IMG/VR virus record: IMGVR_UViG_3300012929_000007
Strand: one strand, 5' to 3'
Source: a virus
Length of the DNA stretch: 48,447 nt
This document shows positions 9,540 through 18,682 of the stretch, in pieces (the stretch's first letter is position 1; each line of letters opens with the position of its first letter). A program made the translations under genes and the position numbers. The notes beneath the pieces are model-generated. The model saw only the letters and a list, made by a program, of their open reading frames with translations. It made no database searches and had not been told where the DNA came from.

Positions 9540-9887
9540 ATGGCCGGTTACCGCGTCATCACCACTGTGGATAGCGCCGCTATCGAGGCGCTGAAGACCA
9601 CACCGGAAGTACAAGCGTTGCTTGACCGGTGTGCGAAACGTGCGCTTGAGTTCCAAGAGGCCACGGTCCCGGTGTTGACAGGCGCGCTGAAACGCCATCT
9701 TGAGATCGATGCTCCTAGCGTCGACACTCGCCGAATCGGTGTTCTCAAGCCGCACCCACCACTCAAGGACGCGACACAGTACGTGCTACCCGTTGAGGAA
9801 GGGCACCGTACGCGGTCCGGTTCTTGGGTTCCCGCTCAGCCGTTCATTCGACCTTCCATTGACGCTGCAAAGAAAGGCTTGACCTAG
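9540..9887 (+). CDS. HK97 gp10-like head-tail joining protein
   Basis: The pattern PVLTGALKRHL...EEGH...PFIRPS resembles the HK97 gp10 family. Confidence 0.5.
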   Translation: MAGYRVITTVDSAAIEALKTTPEVQALLDRCAKRALEFQEATVPVLTGALKRHLEIDAPSVDTRRIGVLKPHPPLKDATQYVLPVEEGHRTRSGSWVPAQPFIRPSIDAAKKGLT

Positions 9888-9889
9888 CC

Positions 9890-10435
9890 ATGGGTAACCC
9901 GACCAAAGTCAAGGTGGGCGCTGGCCTACTTTACATTGCCCCTGTGGGCACAACGGAACCGACCGACCTGACCACACCGTGGGCCACCGTGAATGCGGCG
10001 TGGCTGCCCATCGGCTACACGGACACCGGTCACGAGTTCGCGTCACAGCCCGCTTTCGAGGCGATCGACGTTGCCGAAGAGCTGTCCCCGATCCGCTACG
10101 AGCAGAGCAACACGAACGAGACGGTCACGTTCGCGGCGGCCGAGATGACCAAGGACAACCTGACGCGCGCGTTCAACGGCGGCACCGTGACCACGATTTC
10201 CGGCACGGTCGTTCGGTTCGAACCTCCGGCGATCGGCAGCGCCACCCGAGCCATGATCGGGTGGAACAGCGACGACGGGACCGAGCGCTGGATCTTCCGC
10301 AAGTGCGTGCAGGCGGGCAACGTCCAGATCGCGCGGCGCAAGTCCCCGGCCAAGGCGCTCGTGGCCATGGAGTTCCGGCTCGAAGTGGTCGGCGGAGGCG
10401 TCCGTGCGTGGACGTCCATCATCGACACCGCCTGA
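9890..10435 (+). CDS. Major tail protein
   Basis: 181 aa, positioned upstream of the chaperone pair and tape measure. Confidence 0.65.
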   Translation: MGNPTKVKVGAGLLYIAPVGTTEPTDLTTPWATVNAAWLPIGYTDTGHEFASQPAFEAIDVAEELSPIRYEQSNTNETVTFAAAEMTKDNLTRAFNGGTVTTISGTVVRFEPPAIGSATRAMIGWNSDDGTERWIFRKCVQAGNVQIARRKSPAKALVAMEFRLEVVGGGVRAWTSIIDTA

Positions 10436-10641
10436 TGCGCGGCGATAACGACGGTACTCCGGAACCAATGCTCAAGTTCTTCGAGTTCGCGCATCTTCCG
10501 GAGAATCTTAAGCACGCCTCCCGCATGTTCCACGACACAGCACATTGGGTTGTGGACAACGTCCCAAGGAATCCCGAGCGTACGGTTGCGCTCCGCAAGT
10601 TGCTCGAAGCAAAGGATTGCGCGGTTCGCGCTCTCCTGTAG
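10435..10641 (+). CDS. Small hypothetical protein between the major tail and chaperone genes
   Basis: The start overlaps the upstream stop (TGATG). 68 aa, helical, ending RKLLEAKDCAVRALL, and followed by a 12-bp hairpin. Confidence 0.5.
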   Translation: MRGDNDGTPEPMLKFFEFAHLPENLKHASRMFHDTAHWVVDNVPRNPERTVALRKLLEAKDCAVRALL

Positions 10642-10647
10642 GACATC

Positions 10648-10676
10648 GGCCCGGTACTCACGGCGAGTACCGGGCC
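10648..10676 (+). terminator. Perfect 12-bp stem, 5-nt loop hairpin (GGCCCGGTACTC acggc GAGTACCGGGCC)
   Basis: Seen directly in the sequence. It lies 6 nt after the stop at 10641 and has no U-tract, so it could be an attenuator or an mRNA 3'-end stabiliser. Confidence 0.5.
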
Positions 10677-10698
10677 ACCACCCTAGGAAAGAGGGGTC

Positions 10699-11283
10699 AT
10701 GGCGACTCAGGACATCGAACGGCTTGAGGCAGAGCTTGCCGCTCTGCGCAGCAAGGACAGTGCGAACGGCAACGGCGCGGTTGAGGGTGACGTGGTAACC
10801 CCTCCCAGCAACGGTCTTGTCCTCGTCATCCATGACGAAGAATTCGAATGCCGACGCGTCGGGACGTCTTGGCAGATGATGCAGTTCGCCAAGGCTCAGC
10901 AGGCCGCAAACGTCAAGGTCCCGTCGCGCATGCCGGAGGACGACCCCCGCCGCAAGGACATCGAAGACAAGCGCAACGCGGCGGGTATGGCGATGCTTGC
11001 CACCCTGTACGACACCGCAATGGTCCTCCTCAAGCCGGGTGAGCGCGACCGCTTCAAGGACTTCATGGATGAGGTCAGCGCCAGCGACGAGGGCTTGAAC
11101 CCGGGTGAGCTGGAATCCGCCATCGGCAACGTCATCGCGGCGGCAGGTGGTGAATCGGGAAAAGCGGATACGCCTACGTCGCAACACTCCTCGGGGTCTT
11201 CTCAGACCACGAGCAAGAGTATTCAGGTTGTCTCGTTCGACACGGGTACGGACGGGGTTGCGGAACTCGCGCCGAACTTGTAG
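10699..11283 (+). CDS. Tail assembly chaperone (G-like)
   Basis: 194 aa with RBS GGAAAGAGGGG, immediately upstream of the tape measure gene. Confidence 0.7.
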   Translation: MATQDIERLEAELAALRSKDSANGNGAVEGDVVTPPSNGLVLVIHDEEFECRRVGTSWQMMQFAKAQQAANVKVPSRMPEDDPRRKDIEDKRNAAGMAMLATLYDTAMVLLKPGERDRFKDFMDEVSASDEGLNPGELESAIGNVIAAAGGESGKADTPTSQHSSGSSQTTSKSIQVVSFDTGTDGVAELAPNL

Positions 11284-11471
11284 ACAGCCTGCCGCTCATC
11301 TTGCTTCTTGATTGGACATACGCACACATCGTCGAACACATGGAGCAAGAGCAGCGACAAGAGTTTGATGACGCGCTAGACAATGTTCGATACGCGGAAG
11401 AGCGAGCACGCGAGGCACGGCGCGAGCGAATCGCCTTGGTCCGCGAGATGGAAGCCAACAGCAGCGTTTAG
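10699..11471 (+). CDS. Tail assembly chaperone -1 frameshift product (G-T-like)
   Basis: A canonical slippery heptamer G_GGA_AAA lies at 11157-11163. The -1 frame is open from there to the TAG at 11469-11471, just before the tape measure start. Confidence 0.55.
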
Positions 11472-11485
11472 CGCAAGGGGTGGCA

Positions 11486-14400
11486 ATGCAACTAGGCGAA
11501 GCATTCATTCAACTAACGCTTGCATTGCCACCCGGGGCAAACGCGGAGGTTGCCAAAGACGCGGCCAAGGCTGGCGAAGCGGCAGGTAAGGCCCTCACCG
11601 AGGGCATGAACAAAACGATAAGCGTCGACGCCGCAATGCGGGGGGTAACGCAGACAACGGCCAAGGCTGGCGTTGAAAGCGGCAAGACGTTCGGTGAGGG
11701 CTTCAAGAAGTCTACTCAGGACAGTACCAAGGACACCAAGGTCGGCCCGGACGACAGCACGAGCACTCGACAAGGCGCGGACACCGGGGGCAAGTTCTCG
11801 GAGTCGTTTAAACGCGCAGTTGACAGCGCGCTCCGAAACCTCCCATCGCCGAATATCAATGCCGACACGTCAGCGGCACAGCAACAGATAGCCGCGCTCC
11901 GGACCAAGCTTGAGGAGCTGTCCGGCAAGAGCGTCGGTGTCGACATCGATTCGTCGGCAGCGCTTGCCAAAGTCCAGGAGATCAGTGCTGAGCTTAATAA
12001 ACTCGGCTCTGAGAGCGCCAACATCGCCATCAAGGTTGACGCGGGCGCAGCGCAAGCCAGTCTTGAGCACCTTACCGAAGAGGTCAACAAGATCAAAGAC
12101 GTCAACGTCAAGGTCAACGTTGATACCGCGTCTGCGTCGGACGCAGCCGGAAAGTTCAGTGAGAAGTTCAAGGCGACGATCGAGGGGGCGTTAAGTAACC
12201 TCCCCGACGTCAAGATCAACGCGGACACAACAGACAGTGAACTCAAGCTCGCCGCGCTCAAGAAGGAACTTGCAGACCTCGGTAACGCTAAGGTCGGCAT
12301 AGACATCGATCCAAGTCTTGCACAAGCGCAGATCACGCGCATCAAAGCCGACCTTGATGAGCTTAGCAAGAAGGACGCGAACGTACAGATTCGTGTCGAC
12401 GCGGGCGCGGCTGCGGCAGAACTAGCCGCGTTCAAGCGTGAGACCGACAAGCTTGACGGCAAGAACGTAAAGGTCAAGGTCGACGCGGACACCGGAAGCG
12501 CCATAAGCAAGCTTGAAGGCGTCAACAGCGCGGCTGGCAACGCAGGGCAAGGCATCGGGGTCATCCCGCTAGCGCTTGCGGGTATTGCCCCTGCTGCCGC
12601 TCCGGCGGCTGCGGCTGTGGTGGCTGCGTGTGGGGCCATGGCAGGGGCTGTGGCTGGCGCGGCAGCCGGTATCGGCGTACTCAAGCTTGCGTTTCTCGGC
12701 GTCGGCGACGCGTCCAAGGCGCTTGCTGCGTCCGACGCGGCTGCGGCGCAGACAGCTCAAGCTCAACAGGCTGCCAACGCTGCGGTAGCCACTTCGCTCA
12801 AGGGCGTTCAGAACGCCGAGAAGGACTTGCAGCGGGCGCGCGAGGACGGTGCACGCGCGGTAGCCGACGCAATGAAACAGGTCTTGACCGCTGAGCAAAA
12901 CGTTGGTGACGTCGAGAAGCAAGCGGCACACGACGCAACCCAAGCAGCCAAAGACGTTGTTAGCGCCAAACAGAACGTGCTAGACGTCACCAAGCAGGCG
13001 TCACGTGAAGAGCGGGATGCCCAACAGGCCGTTACCGACGCTACTGCAAACTACAAACAGGCTCAGCTTGACGCAGCACAGGCAGTCAAGGACGCAATCC
13101 AGGGCGTTACTGACGCACAGGACAACTACCGGCAGGCTCAGCACGACACAGCCGAAGCGGCGCAAGCGGCAGCTAAGGCAGTAACAGCGGCGCAAGAAGG
13201 TCTCAAACAAGTATTTGTGGACAACGCGCAGCGCGAGAAGGACGCTGTGGAGGCTGTTGCCGGGGCGCAAGCCGATCTCAAGCGTGCGCAAGAGGATGTT
13301 GTCCAGTCCACTAAAGACGCTGCACAGAAGATCATCGAAGCGCAGAACAACGTCAAGGACGCGCAGGAGAAAGCGGCCGATGACCAGGTCGCTTCCGCCC
13401 GTAAGGTGGCTGACGCCCAACAGGCGATTGTCGACGCGCACAAGGCTGCGGAACAACAGGCCAAGGATTCGGCGCGTGCGATTGCTGACGCGCAACAGGG
13501 AGTGGCCGACGCAGAGAAGAACGCTGCGGACACCGAGGTTCAGGCCGCGCAGCGAGTCAAGGACGCTCAGCGCGGCGTGGTGGACGCCCGTCGTCAGGCT
13601 GCACAGTCCGCCGAGCAAGCCGCTCAGCGTGTCGAATCCGCAGAGCAAGCGCTAGCCGCCGCGCAACGGTCTAGTAAGGACGCTCAGAACGCGCTAACGC
13701 AAGCGCGTAAGGACTACGCAACGCAGATGCGCGACCTGAGCTTGAGCGTGCGTCAGAACGCGCTTAGTCAGCAACAGGCGCTTACGAGTATCCAACTCGC
13801 GGAAGAGAACCTTGCTAAGGTCCGCGCGGATAAGAAAGCCACTCAAGCCGAGAAGGACAACGCGGCGGAAGCGGTCCAACAGCAAAAGCTCGACTATGAG
13901 GACTTGGTCAACCGGGGCAAAGACCTCGCGGCGCAACGCAACGCGCAATCCAAGCAAGTCCTGTCGGCACAGCAGCAAGTAACCGCCAGCGTTGGCAAGA
14001 TTGCGGACGCGGAGAAGAACCTCAAGAACGCCCGGCAGGGTGTAAGCGATACCGCAATCGCCAATAACGAGCGCATCCAAAAGGCTCAAGAGGCGCTTGC
14101 CGGTTCACAGCAGGCCCAAACCAAGGCTGAGCTTGACGGCGCTAAGAACATCACTGGCGCGCAACAGAAGCTAGCCGACACGCGTGACAAGGCCGCACAA
14201 GCGGCTGAGCAGAGCAGCCGCAAGATATCCACGGCCGACCAGAACCTTACCGACGCACAGAACAAGGCAGCCGAGCAGCGCGAACAAGACCAAAAGAAGA
14301 TTGTCGACGCGCTACAGAAGGTTGCTGCGGCGCAGCAAGCCCAAGTGCGCTTGGCTGAGGACAACGCGCGCAAGATTCAAGCTGCCGAAGACAAGCTAGC

Positions 14401-17400
14401 CAAGTCGCGAGAATCGCAATCTCGCACTATCGCCGAGGACGCCAAGAAGGTTCGCGACGCACAAGATAACATCGCCAGTGCGCAGCAACGGCAAGCCGAT
14501 GTCACGTACGCCAATCAACGAAAGCTTAAGGCTGCGCAAGACAATATCGCTAAGGCCGAGCAACGGCAAGCGCAGGTACGTGCGCAGAACGCTAGGAAAC
14601 TGTCCGACGCCGAGCGTGCAGTCATTCGCGCGCAAGAGCAGCAAGTCACGGTTCAAGAGAACGGCACTAAGCGTGTCAAGGACGCACAGGACAAGGTCAC
14701 TCAGGCTATCCAGCATCAATCCGATGTAGCCACCTCCAACTCACGGAAGATTCAAGCCGCTGAGGACGGGGTGGCTAAGGCGCGTGAGAACGCATCGCGA
14801 GCTGCGGAAACCGCAGGTCGTTCGGTAGCTGACGCGCAAGACAAGGTAAAGACCGCCGAAGACAACCTCGCCAAGGCGCGTAAGAACGCGTCACAGGTCG
14901 GCATCGATGCCGCCAATAAGCTCAAGACCGCGTTGCAAGGCATCGGTCAAGCGCAGATCGACTTTGCGAAGTTTTGGAACAAGTTCTCGCAGACGGTCAA
15001 GGCACAGACTAGCAACGCGGCAGGGGCCGGTATCCTTCCGGCCATCCAAGCAGGGCTTGAGAAGAGCGTCCTCGGCGCGGCCGGAAACGTCAAGACGGGC
15101 CTTATCAAGTTCATCAGTGACACTGGCAACACCATCGGCGGGTTGGTCACTAAGGCGTTCGCTGCGCTCGACAGCCCACAGATCAAAGGCTTTGGTGCGT
15201 TCCTTACGCGGACGACACAAGGCAGCATCAAGACGTTCGGGGACGCGCTCATAAACGTCGGCAAGGGCGTTGCGGCGCTTATCGTGGCATTCGAGCCGTT
15301 CCAAGGGCCGGTACTTAAGGCAATCAAGGACGTGTCCGATCAGTTCCTCAAGTGGGCCACGAACCTCAAGGGCAGCAAGGACTTTCAGGTATTCACGGAT
15401 TACGTCAAGCAGAACGCGCCGTTGCTTGAGCAACTGGTCAAAAACCTCGTCACCGTGATTGGCCACCTCGGGGTGGGCATCTCAGGTCTTGGGGGGCCGG
15501 TACTCAAGACGCTCGTTGACCTAACCGGGCAGATTGCCAAGCTCAGCCCTGACACGGTGGCCAAGCTCGCGGCAGCCGTGTATCTACTTGTCGCAGCGTT
15601 CAAGGGCATCACGGTCGTATCCAACGCCGTATCTGCGATTAGCGGTGTGTCGAGCGCGCTTGGGACGTTGACCAAGGTGTTTGGTGGCGCTGCGGTAGCC
15701 ACGGAAGCCATGACGGTAGCTGAGGGTGAGGCGACAGTCGCCACGAGCGCGCTTGACGTCGCGCTAGGCATCCTTACGGCTCCTATAACGCTCATTGTCG
15801 CAGCTATCGCGTTGTTCGTCGGTGGCTTGGTGCTGCTGTATAACAAGAACAAGTGGTTTCACGATTTCGTCAACACCGCGTGGGCCAACATCAAGAAAGC
15901 CATCAGTGCGGTAACGGATTGGTTTGTCAATACCGCGTGGCCCGCCATGAAAAAGGTGTGGGACCAACTTGTCGAGCTGTTCAAGAGCCCGACCGTACAG
16001 ACGTACCTAAAAGCGCTCGGTACGGAGTTCAAGGTCACGTGGGACCTTATCGTCGGCGCGGTTAAGGTGGCATGGGCGTATCTGTCCGGCGTGTTCAAGA
16101 TTATCGGTGACCTTCTGTCCGGAAACTTCAAGAAGGCGTGGACCGACTTCGGCACTACGGTCGGCAACGTATGGAACGGCATCAAGGCCACCGTCAGCAA
16201 GGTATGGACAGACATCCAAAACTCCGTGTTCGGCAAGGCCATTGATTACATCAAGGGTGCGTTTGCCGCCGCGTGGAATTGGCTATGGAAAAACCTTATC
16301 GGCCCGGTGTGGTCCGGTATCAAGACCGTCATCAGTACGACGTGGGGGATCGTCAAGGGCATATTTGACACTATCGTTAGCGTCGTCAAGACGGTTCTTG
16401 GCCCGGTGTTCAACGTGCTGTGGAAAGTGTTCATCAAGCCCGCGTGGGAGGGCATTCACCTCGCCATCCGGATTGCTTGGGTCGCGATTCAGATCATCTA
16501 CAAGACCATTGAGATTGCCCTAATCCTTCTCGGCAAGGCGTTTACGGCGCTGTGGAAAGACGTCATCGTCCCGGCGTGGAACGGCATCAAGTCGTTCATC
16601 AGCAAGACGTGGGACGGTATCAAGAAGATCTTTGACATTGTGGTCGGCTTCTTGAAGAAAGAATTCGCGCAAGCGTGGACGTGGATAAAGGACCACGTCG
16701 TGGCAATGTGGAACGATCTCAAGCGAGGTATCAAGATCGAATGGGATTGGATTCACGACCACATCTTGCAGCCGATCATCAATTGGCTGAAAAAGACGTT
16801 CGGTCCCGCTTGGACGTGGCTTAAAGATACCGTCAAGGCGCTGTGGGCTGACATGAAGCGCGGCATCAAGATTGAGTGGGATTGGATCAAGGACCACATC
16901 CTAAATCCCGCGCTCAACTGGGTTAAGAAAACGTTCGGTCCGGCGTGGACATGGCTCAAGGACCATGTTAAGGCCGTGTGGGCGGACATGAAGCGCGGGA
17001 TTAAGATCGAATGGGACTGGATCAAAGATCACATTTTCGAGCCCATCAAGACGTTTATCACCAAAACGATTCCCGACGCGTTCACAACCGGCGTCAACGC
17101 GGTAAAGGCGGCATGGCAAAAGGTAACGGACATCGTCAAAGCCCCGATCAAGATCTTGGTTAACACGATCATTGACGACGGGATCATTGCGGGGTTCAAC
17201 AGCATCGCCACCAAGGTCGGGGTATCGCCGATTACGCCGATCCCCAAACTTGCCACGGGTGGCGTGCTGCCGGGATACACGCCCGGCAGCGACGTGCACA
17301 TGTTCACCAGTCCCACGGGTGGCGCGCTCGCGCTGTCAGGAGGTGAAGCCGTCATGCGCCCGGAGTGGACTCGCGCGGTAGGCCCGGCGTTCGTGGACAG

Positions 17401-18301
17401 CATGAACGCTGTAGCCCGGTCGGGAGGCGTTCACGGGGTCAAGCAGGCCCTTGGACTTGCCCGAGGTGGCATCGTCCCGCGTCAGGCGCTAGCAGGGGGT
17501 GGGATCGTCGGCACGCTGTCCGGGTGGTGGGAAGACCTGTCGAGCATGGTTGATGGTCCGCTTAAGACCATTGGCAACATCGCGGAGGGAGCTAAGAACC
17601 TCGCTAAAGCCCCGTGGCTCAACGACATGGTGCACAAGGCCGTTGAAACGCTCATGACCGGCGTCAAGAATATCGTCATCGGCAACCACTCGGGTGGAGG
17701 TAACAGCCCCGGCACGAGCGTTCTTGGCAAGCCTGGCGACCTAAAGATCAGTGACGGTCAAGGGTGGGCGTGGCAGGAAAGCGTGCTCCGCAAGGCGTTC
17801 CCTTCGATTGCGTTCTACAGCACCACAGGTGGCCACCACGCCAAGAACTCGTGGCACTACAAGGGCCGCGCGGTCGACATGACCCCCAGTATGGATATCT
17901 TCAACTGGATCAAGAAGAACTATGGCAGCAAGACGCTTGAGTTGATCTACGGTCCGGCTGGCGGTCAAACGGTCTGGCATGGACAGAACCACAGCTACAG
18001 CCCTAGCCTCATGGCCGCGCACTATAATCACGTGCATTGGGCATACAACCAAGGTGGCGTTCTACCCACATACGACGATGGCGGTTGGTTGCAACCCGGC
18101 AGCGTCGGGGTTAACCGTTCAGGCAAGCCGGAAGCCGTGCTCACGCCGGAAGAGTCCAGAGGCTTGAAGAGCATGGGTGTTGGCGAGCTTATCGATAAGC
18201 TTGAGGAGCTTATTGACGAGGTCAAGAAGGTTGCGCCCGGCGTGGGCGGCTACATCCGGGGGTCGGGACGCGGGATCGTTGCCGCAGGACGGAGCGTTTA
18301 A
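11486..18301 (+). CDS. Tape measure protein (about 2270 aa) with an embedded LAS/M15-type peptidase motif near the C-terminus
   Basis: The ATG at 11486 lies 6 nt after AAGGGG (the track start is GTG 11480). The protein has long Ala/Gln/Asp coiled-coil repeats, a hydrophobic core, W-rich repeats, and WHYKGRAVD...HYNHVH at roughly 17760-18050. Confidence 0.9.
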   Translation: MQLGEAFIQLTLALPPGANAEVAKDAAKAGEAAGKALTEGMNKTISVDAAMRGVTQTTAKAGVESGKTFGEGFKKSTQDSTKDTKVGPDDSTSTRQGADTGGKFSESFKRAVDSALRNLPSPNINADTSAAQQQIAALRTKLEELSGKSVGVDIDSSAALAKVQEISAELNKLGSESANIAIKVDAGAAQASLEHLTEEVNKIKDVNVKVNVDTASASDAAGKFSEKFKATIEGALSNLPDVKINADTTDSELKLAALKKELADLGNAKVGIDIDPSLAQAQITRIKADLDELSKKDANVQIRVDAGAAAAELAAFKRETDKLDGKNVKVKVDADTGSAISKLEGVNSAAGNAGQGIGVIPLALAGIAPAAAPAAAAVVAACGAMAGAVAGAAAGIGVLKLAFLGVGDASKALAASDAAAAQTAQAQQAANAAVATSLKGVQNAEKDLQRAREDGARAVADAMKQVLTAEQNVGDVEKQAAHDATQAAKDVVSAKQNVLDVTKQASREERDAQQAVTDATANYKQAQLDAAQAVKDAIQGVTDAQDNYRQAQHDTAEAAQAAAKAVTAAQEGLKQVFVDNAQREKDAVEAVAGAQADLKRAQEDVVQSTKDAAQKIIEAQNNVKDAQEKAADDQVASARKVADAQQAIVDAHKAAEQQAKDSARAIADAQQGVADAEKNAADTEVQAAQRVKDAQRGVVDARRQAAQSAEQAAQRVESAEQALAAAQRSSKDAQNALTQARKDYATQMRDLSLSVRQNALSQQQALTSIQLAEENLAKVRADKKATQAEKDNAAEAVQQQKLDYEDLVNRGKDLAAQRNAQSKQVLSAQQQVTASVGKIADAEKNLKNARQGVSDTAIANNERIQKAQEALAGSQQAQTKAELDGAKNITGAQQKLADTRDKAAQAAEQSSRKISTADQNLTDAQNKAAEQREQDQKKIVDALQKVAAAQQAQVRLAEDNARKIQAAEDKLAKSRESQSRTIAEDAKKVRDAQDNIASAQQRQADVTYANQRKLKAAQDNIAKAEQRQAQVRAQNARKLSDAERAVIRAQEQQVTVQENGTKRVKDAQDKVTQAIQHQSDVATSNSRKIQAAEDGVAKARENASRAAETAGRSVADAQDKVKTAEDNLAKARKNASQVGIDAANKLKTALQGIGQAQIDFAKFWNKFSQTVKAQTSNAAGAGILPAIQAGLEKSVLGAAGNVKTGLIKFISDTGNTIGGLVTKAFAALDSPQIKGFGAFLTRTTQGSIKTFGDALINVGKGVAALIVAFEPFQGPVLKAIKDVSDQFLKWATNLKGSKDFQVFTDYVKQNAPLLEQLVKNLVTVIGHLGVGISGLGGPVLKTLVDLTGQIAKLSPDTVAKLAAAVYLLVAAFKGITVVSNAVSAISGVSSALGTLTKVFGGAAVATEAMTVAEGEATVATSALDVALGILTAPITLIVAAIALFVGGLVLLYNKNKWFHDFVNTAWANIKKAISAVTDWFVNTAWPAMKKVWDQLVELFKSPTVQTYLKALGTEFKVTWDLIVGAVKVAWAYLSGVFKIIGDLLSGNFKKAWTDFGTTVGNVWNGIKATVSKVWTDIQNSVFGKAIDYIKGAFAAAWNWLWKNLIGPVWSGIKTVISTTWGIVKGIFDTIVSVVKTVLGPVFNVLWKVFIKPAWEGIHLAIRIAWVAIQIIYKTIEIALILLGKAFTALWKDVIVPAWNGIKSFISKTWDGIKKIFDIVVGFLKKEFAQAWTWIKDHVVAMWNDLKRGIKIEWDWIHDHILQPIINWLKKTFGPAWTWLKDTVKALWADMKRGIKIEWDWIKDHILNPALNWVKKTFGPAWTWLKDHVKAVWADMKRGIKIEWDWIKDHIFEPIKTFITKTIPDAFTTGVNAVKAAWQKVTDIVKAPIKILVNTIIDDGIIAGFNSIATKVGVSPITPIPKLATGGVLPGYTPGSDVHMFTSPTGGALALSGGEAVMRPEWTRAVGPAFVDSMNAVARSGGVHGVKQALGLARGGIVPRQALAGGGIVGTLSGWWEDLSSMVDGPLKTIGNIAEGAKNLAKAPWLNDMVHKAVETLMTGVKNIVIGNHSGGGNSPGTSVLGKPGDLKISDGQGWAWQESVLRKAFPSIAFYSTTGGHHAKNSWHYKGRAVDMTPSMDIFNWIKKNYGSKTLELIYGPAGGQTVWHGQNHSYSPSLMAAHYNHVHWAYNQGGVLPTYDDGGWLQPGSVGVNRSGKPEAVLTPEESRGLKSMGVGELIDKLEELIDEVKKVAPGVGGYIRGSGRGIVAAGRSV
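11795..11804. repeat. YGTTTAAACR copy 3
   Basis: cGTTTAAACg in the tape measure gene, read as F-K. Confidence 0.95.
16673..17045 (+). repeat. In-frame tandem repeat of 135 bp, about 2.7 copies, inside the tape measure gene
   Basis: The unit AWTW(I/L)KD..K..WADMKRGIKIEWDWIKDHIL.P..NW.KKTFGP starts at 16673, 16808 and 16943. Confidence 0.8.
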
Positions 18302-18304
18302 ACG
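18295..18304. repeat. YGTTTAAACR copy 4
   Basis: cGTTTAAACg. It contains the tape measure stop TAA and abuts the ATG at 18305. Confidence 0.95.
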
Positions 18305-18679
18305 ATGGTCGCCGTTTCGCTCGCATACACATGGGTCAACCTGGTTGCGACAGGGGCCAGCGTGAGCGCGTACACGGGGCGTGGCCGCTCTCGGGACTAC
18401 AAGACCGAGGGCTCTGTGCAGGGGTTCGCCGGAGGTCGATACCGCTCGATCTCCACGGAAGGCGTGGCAGGACAGCAGACGTTCGTTTTGCGCGACGTGT
18501 CAGACGCCAACATCGACACGCTTAAGAGCTGGATTGGGCAAACGGTGCTCGTGCGCGACAATCGGGGCCGTCGGATGTTCGGCACGTACTATGACATCGC
18601 CTATACGGACCGCATGCTTGCCAACTATTACGACGTGACGATTAACGTCGTTGAGGTCACGTACAACGAGGGGGGCTAG
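18305..18679 (+). CDS. Minor tail protein (distal-tail-like, putative)
   Basis: The ATG lies 1 nt after the CGTTTAAACG motif that contains the tape measure stop. 124 aa. Confidence 0.5.
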   Translation: MVAVSLAYTWVNLVATGASVSAYTGRGRSRDYKTEGSVQGFAGGRYRSISTEGVAGQQTFVLRDVSDANIDTLKSWIGQTVLVRDNRGRRMFGTYYDIAYTDRMLANYYDVTINVVEVTYNEGG

Positions 18680-18682
18680 GCG

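Noticed and set aside
10096-11187. 363-aa minus-strand ORF across the major tail and chaperone genes
   Set aside because: It is antisense to a tightly coupled plus-strand operon and has an Arg-rich composition. It would also break the tail module synteny.
11716-12717. 333-aa minus-strand ORF and many other 60-215-aa ORFs inside the tape measure region
   Set aside because: These are shadows of the Ala-rich repeat region (poly-Ala/Ser translations). The single 6.8-kb plus-strand ORF explains the region.
12700-14900. Highly repetitive nucleotide region considered as a possible CRISPR array or satellite
   Set aside because: The repeats are imperfect, in frame, and encode the DAQ/AAQ coiled-coil of the tape measure. 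There is no repeat-spacer periodicity.
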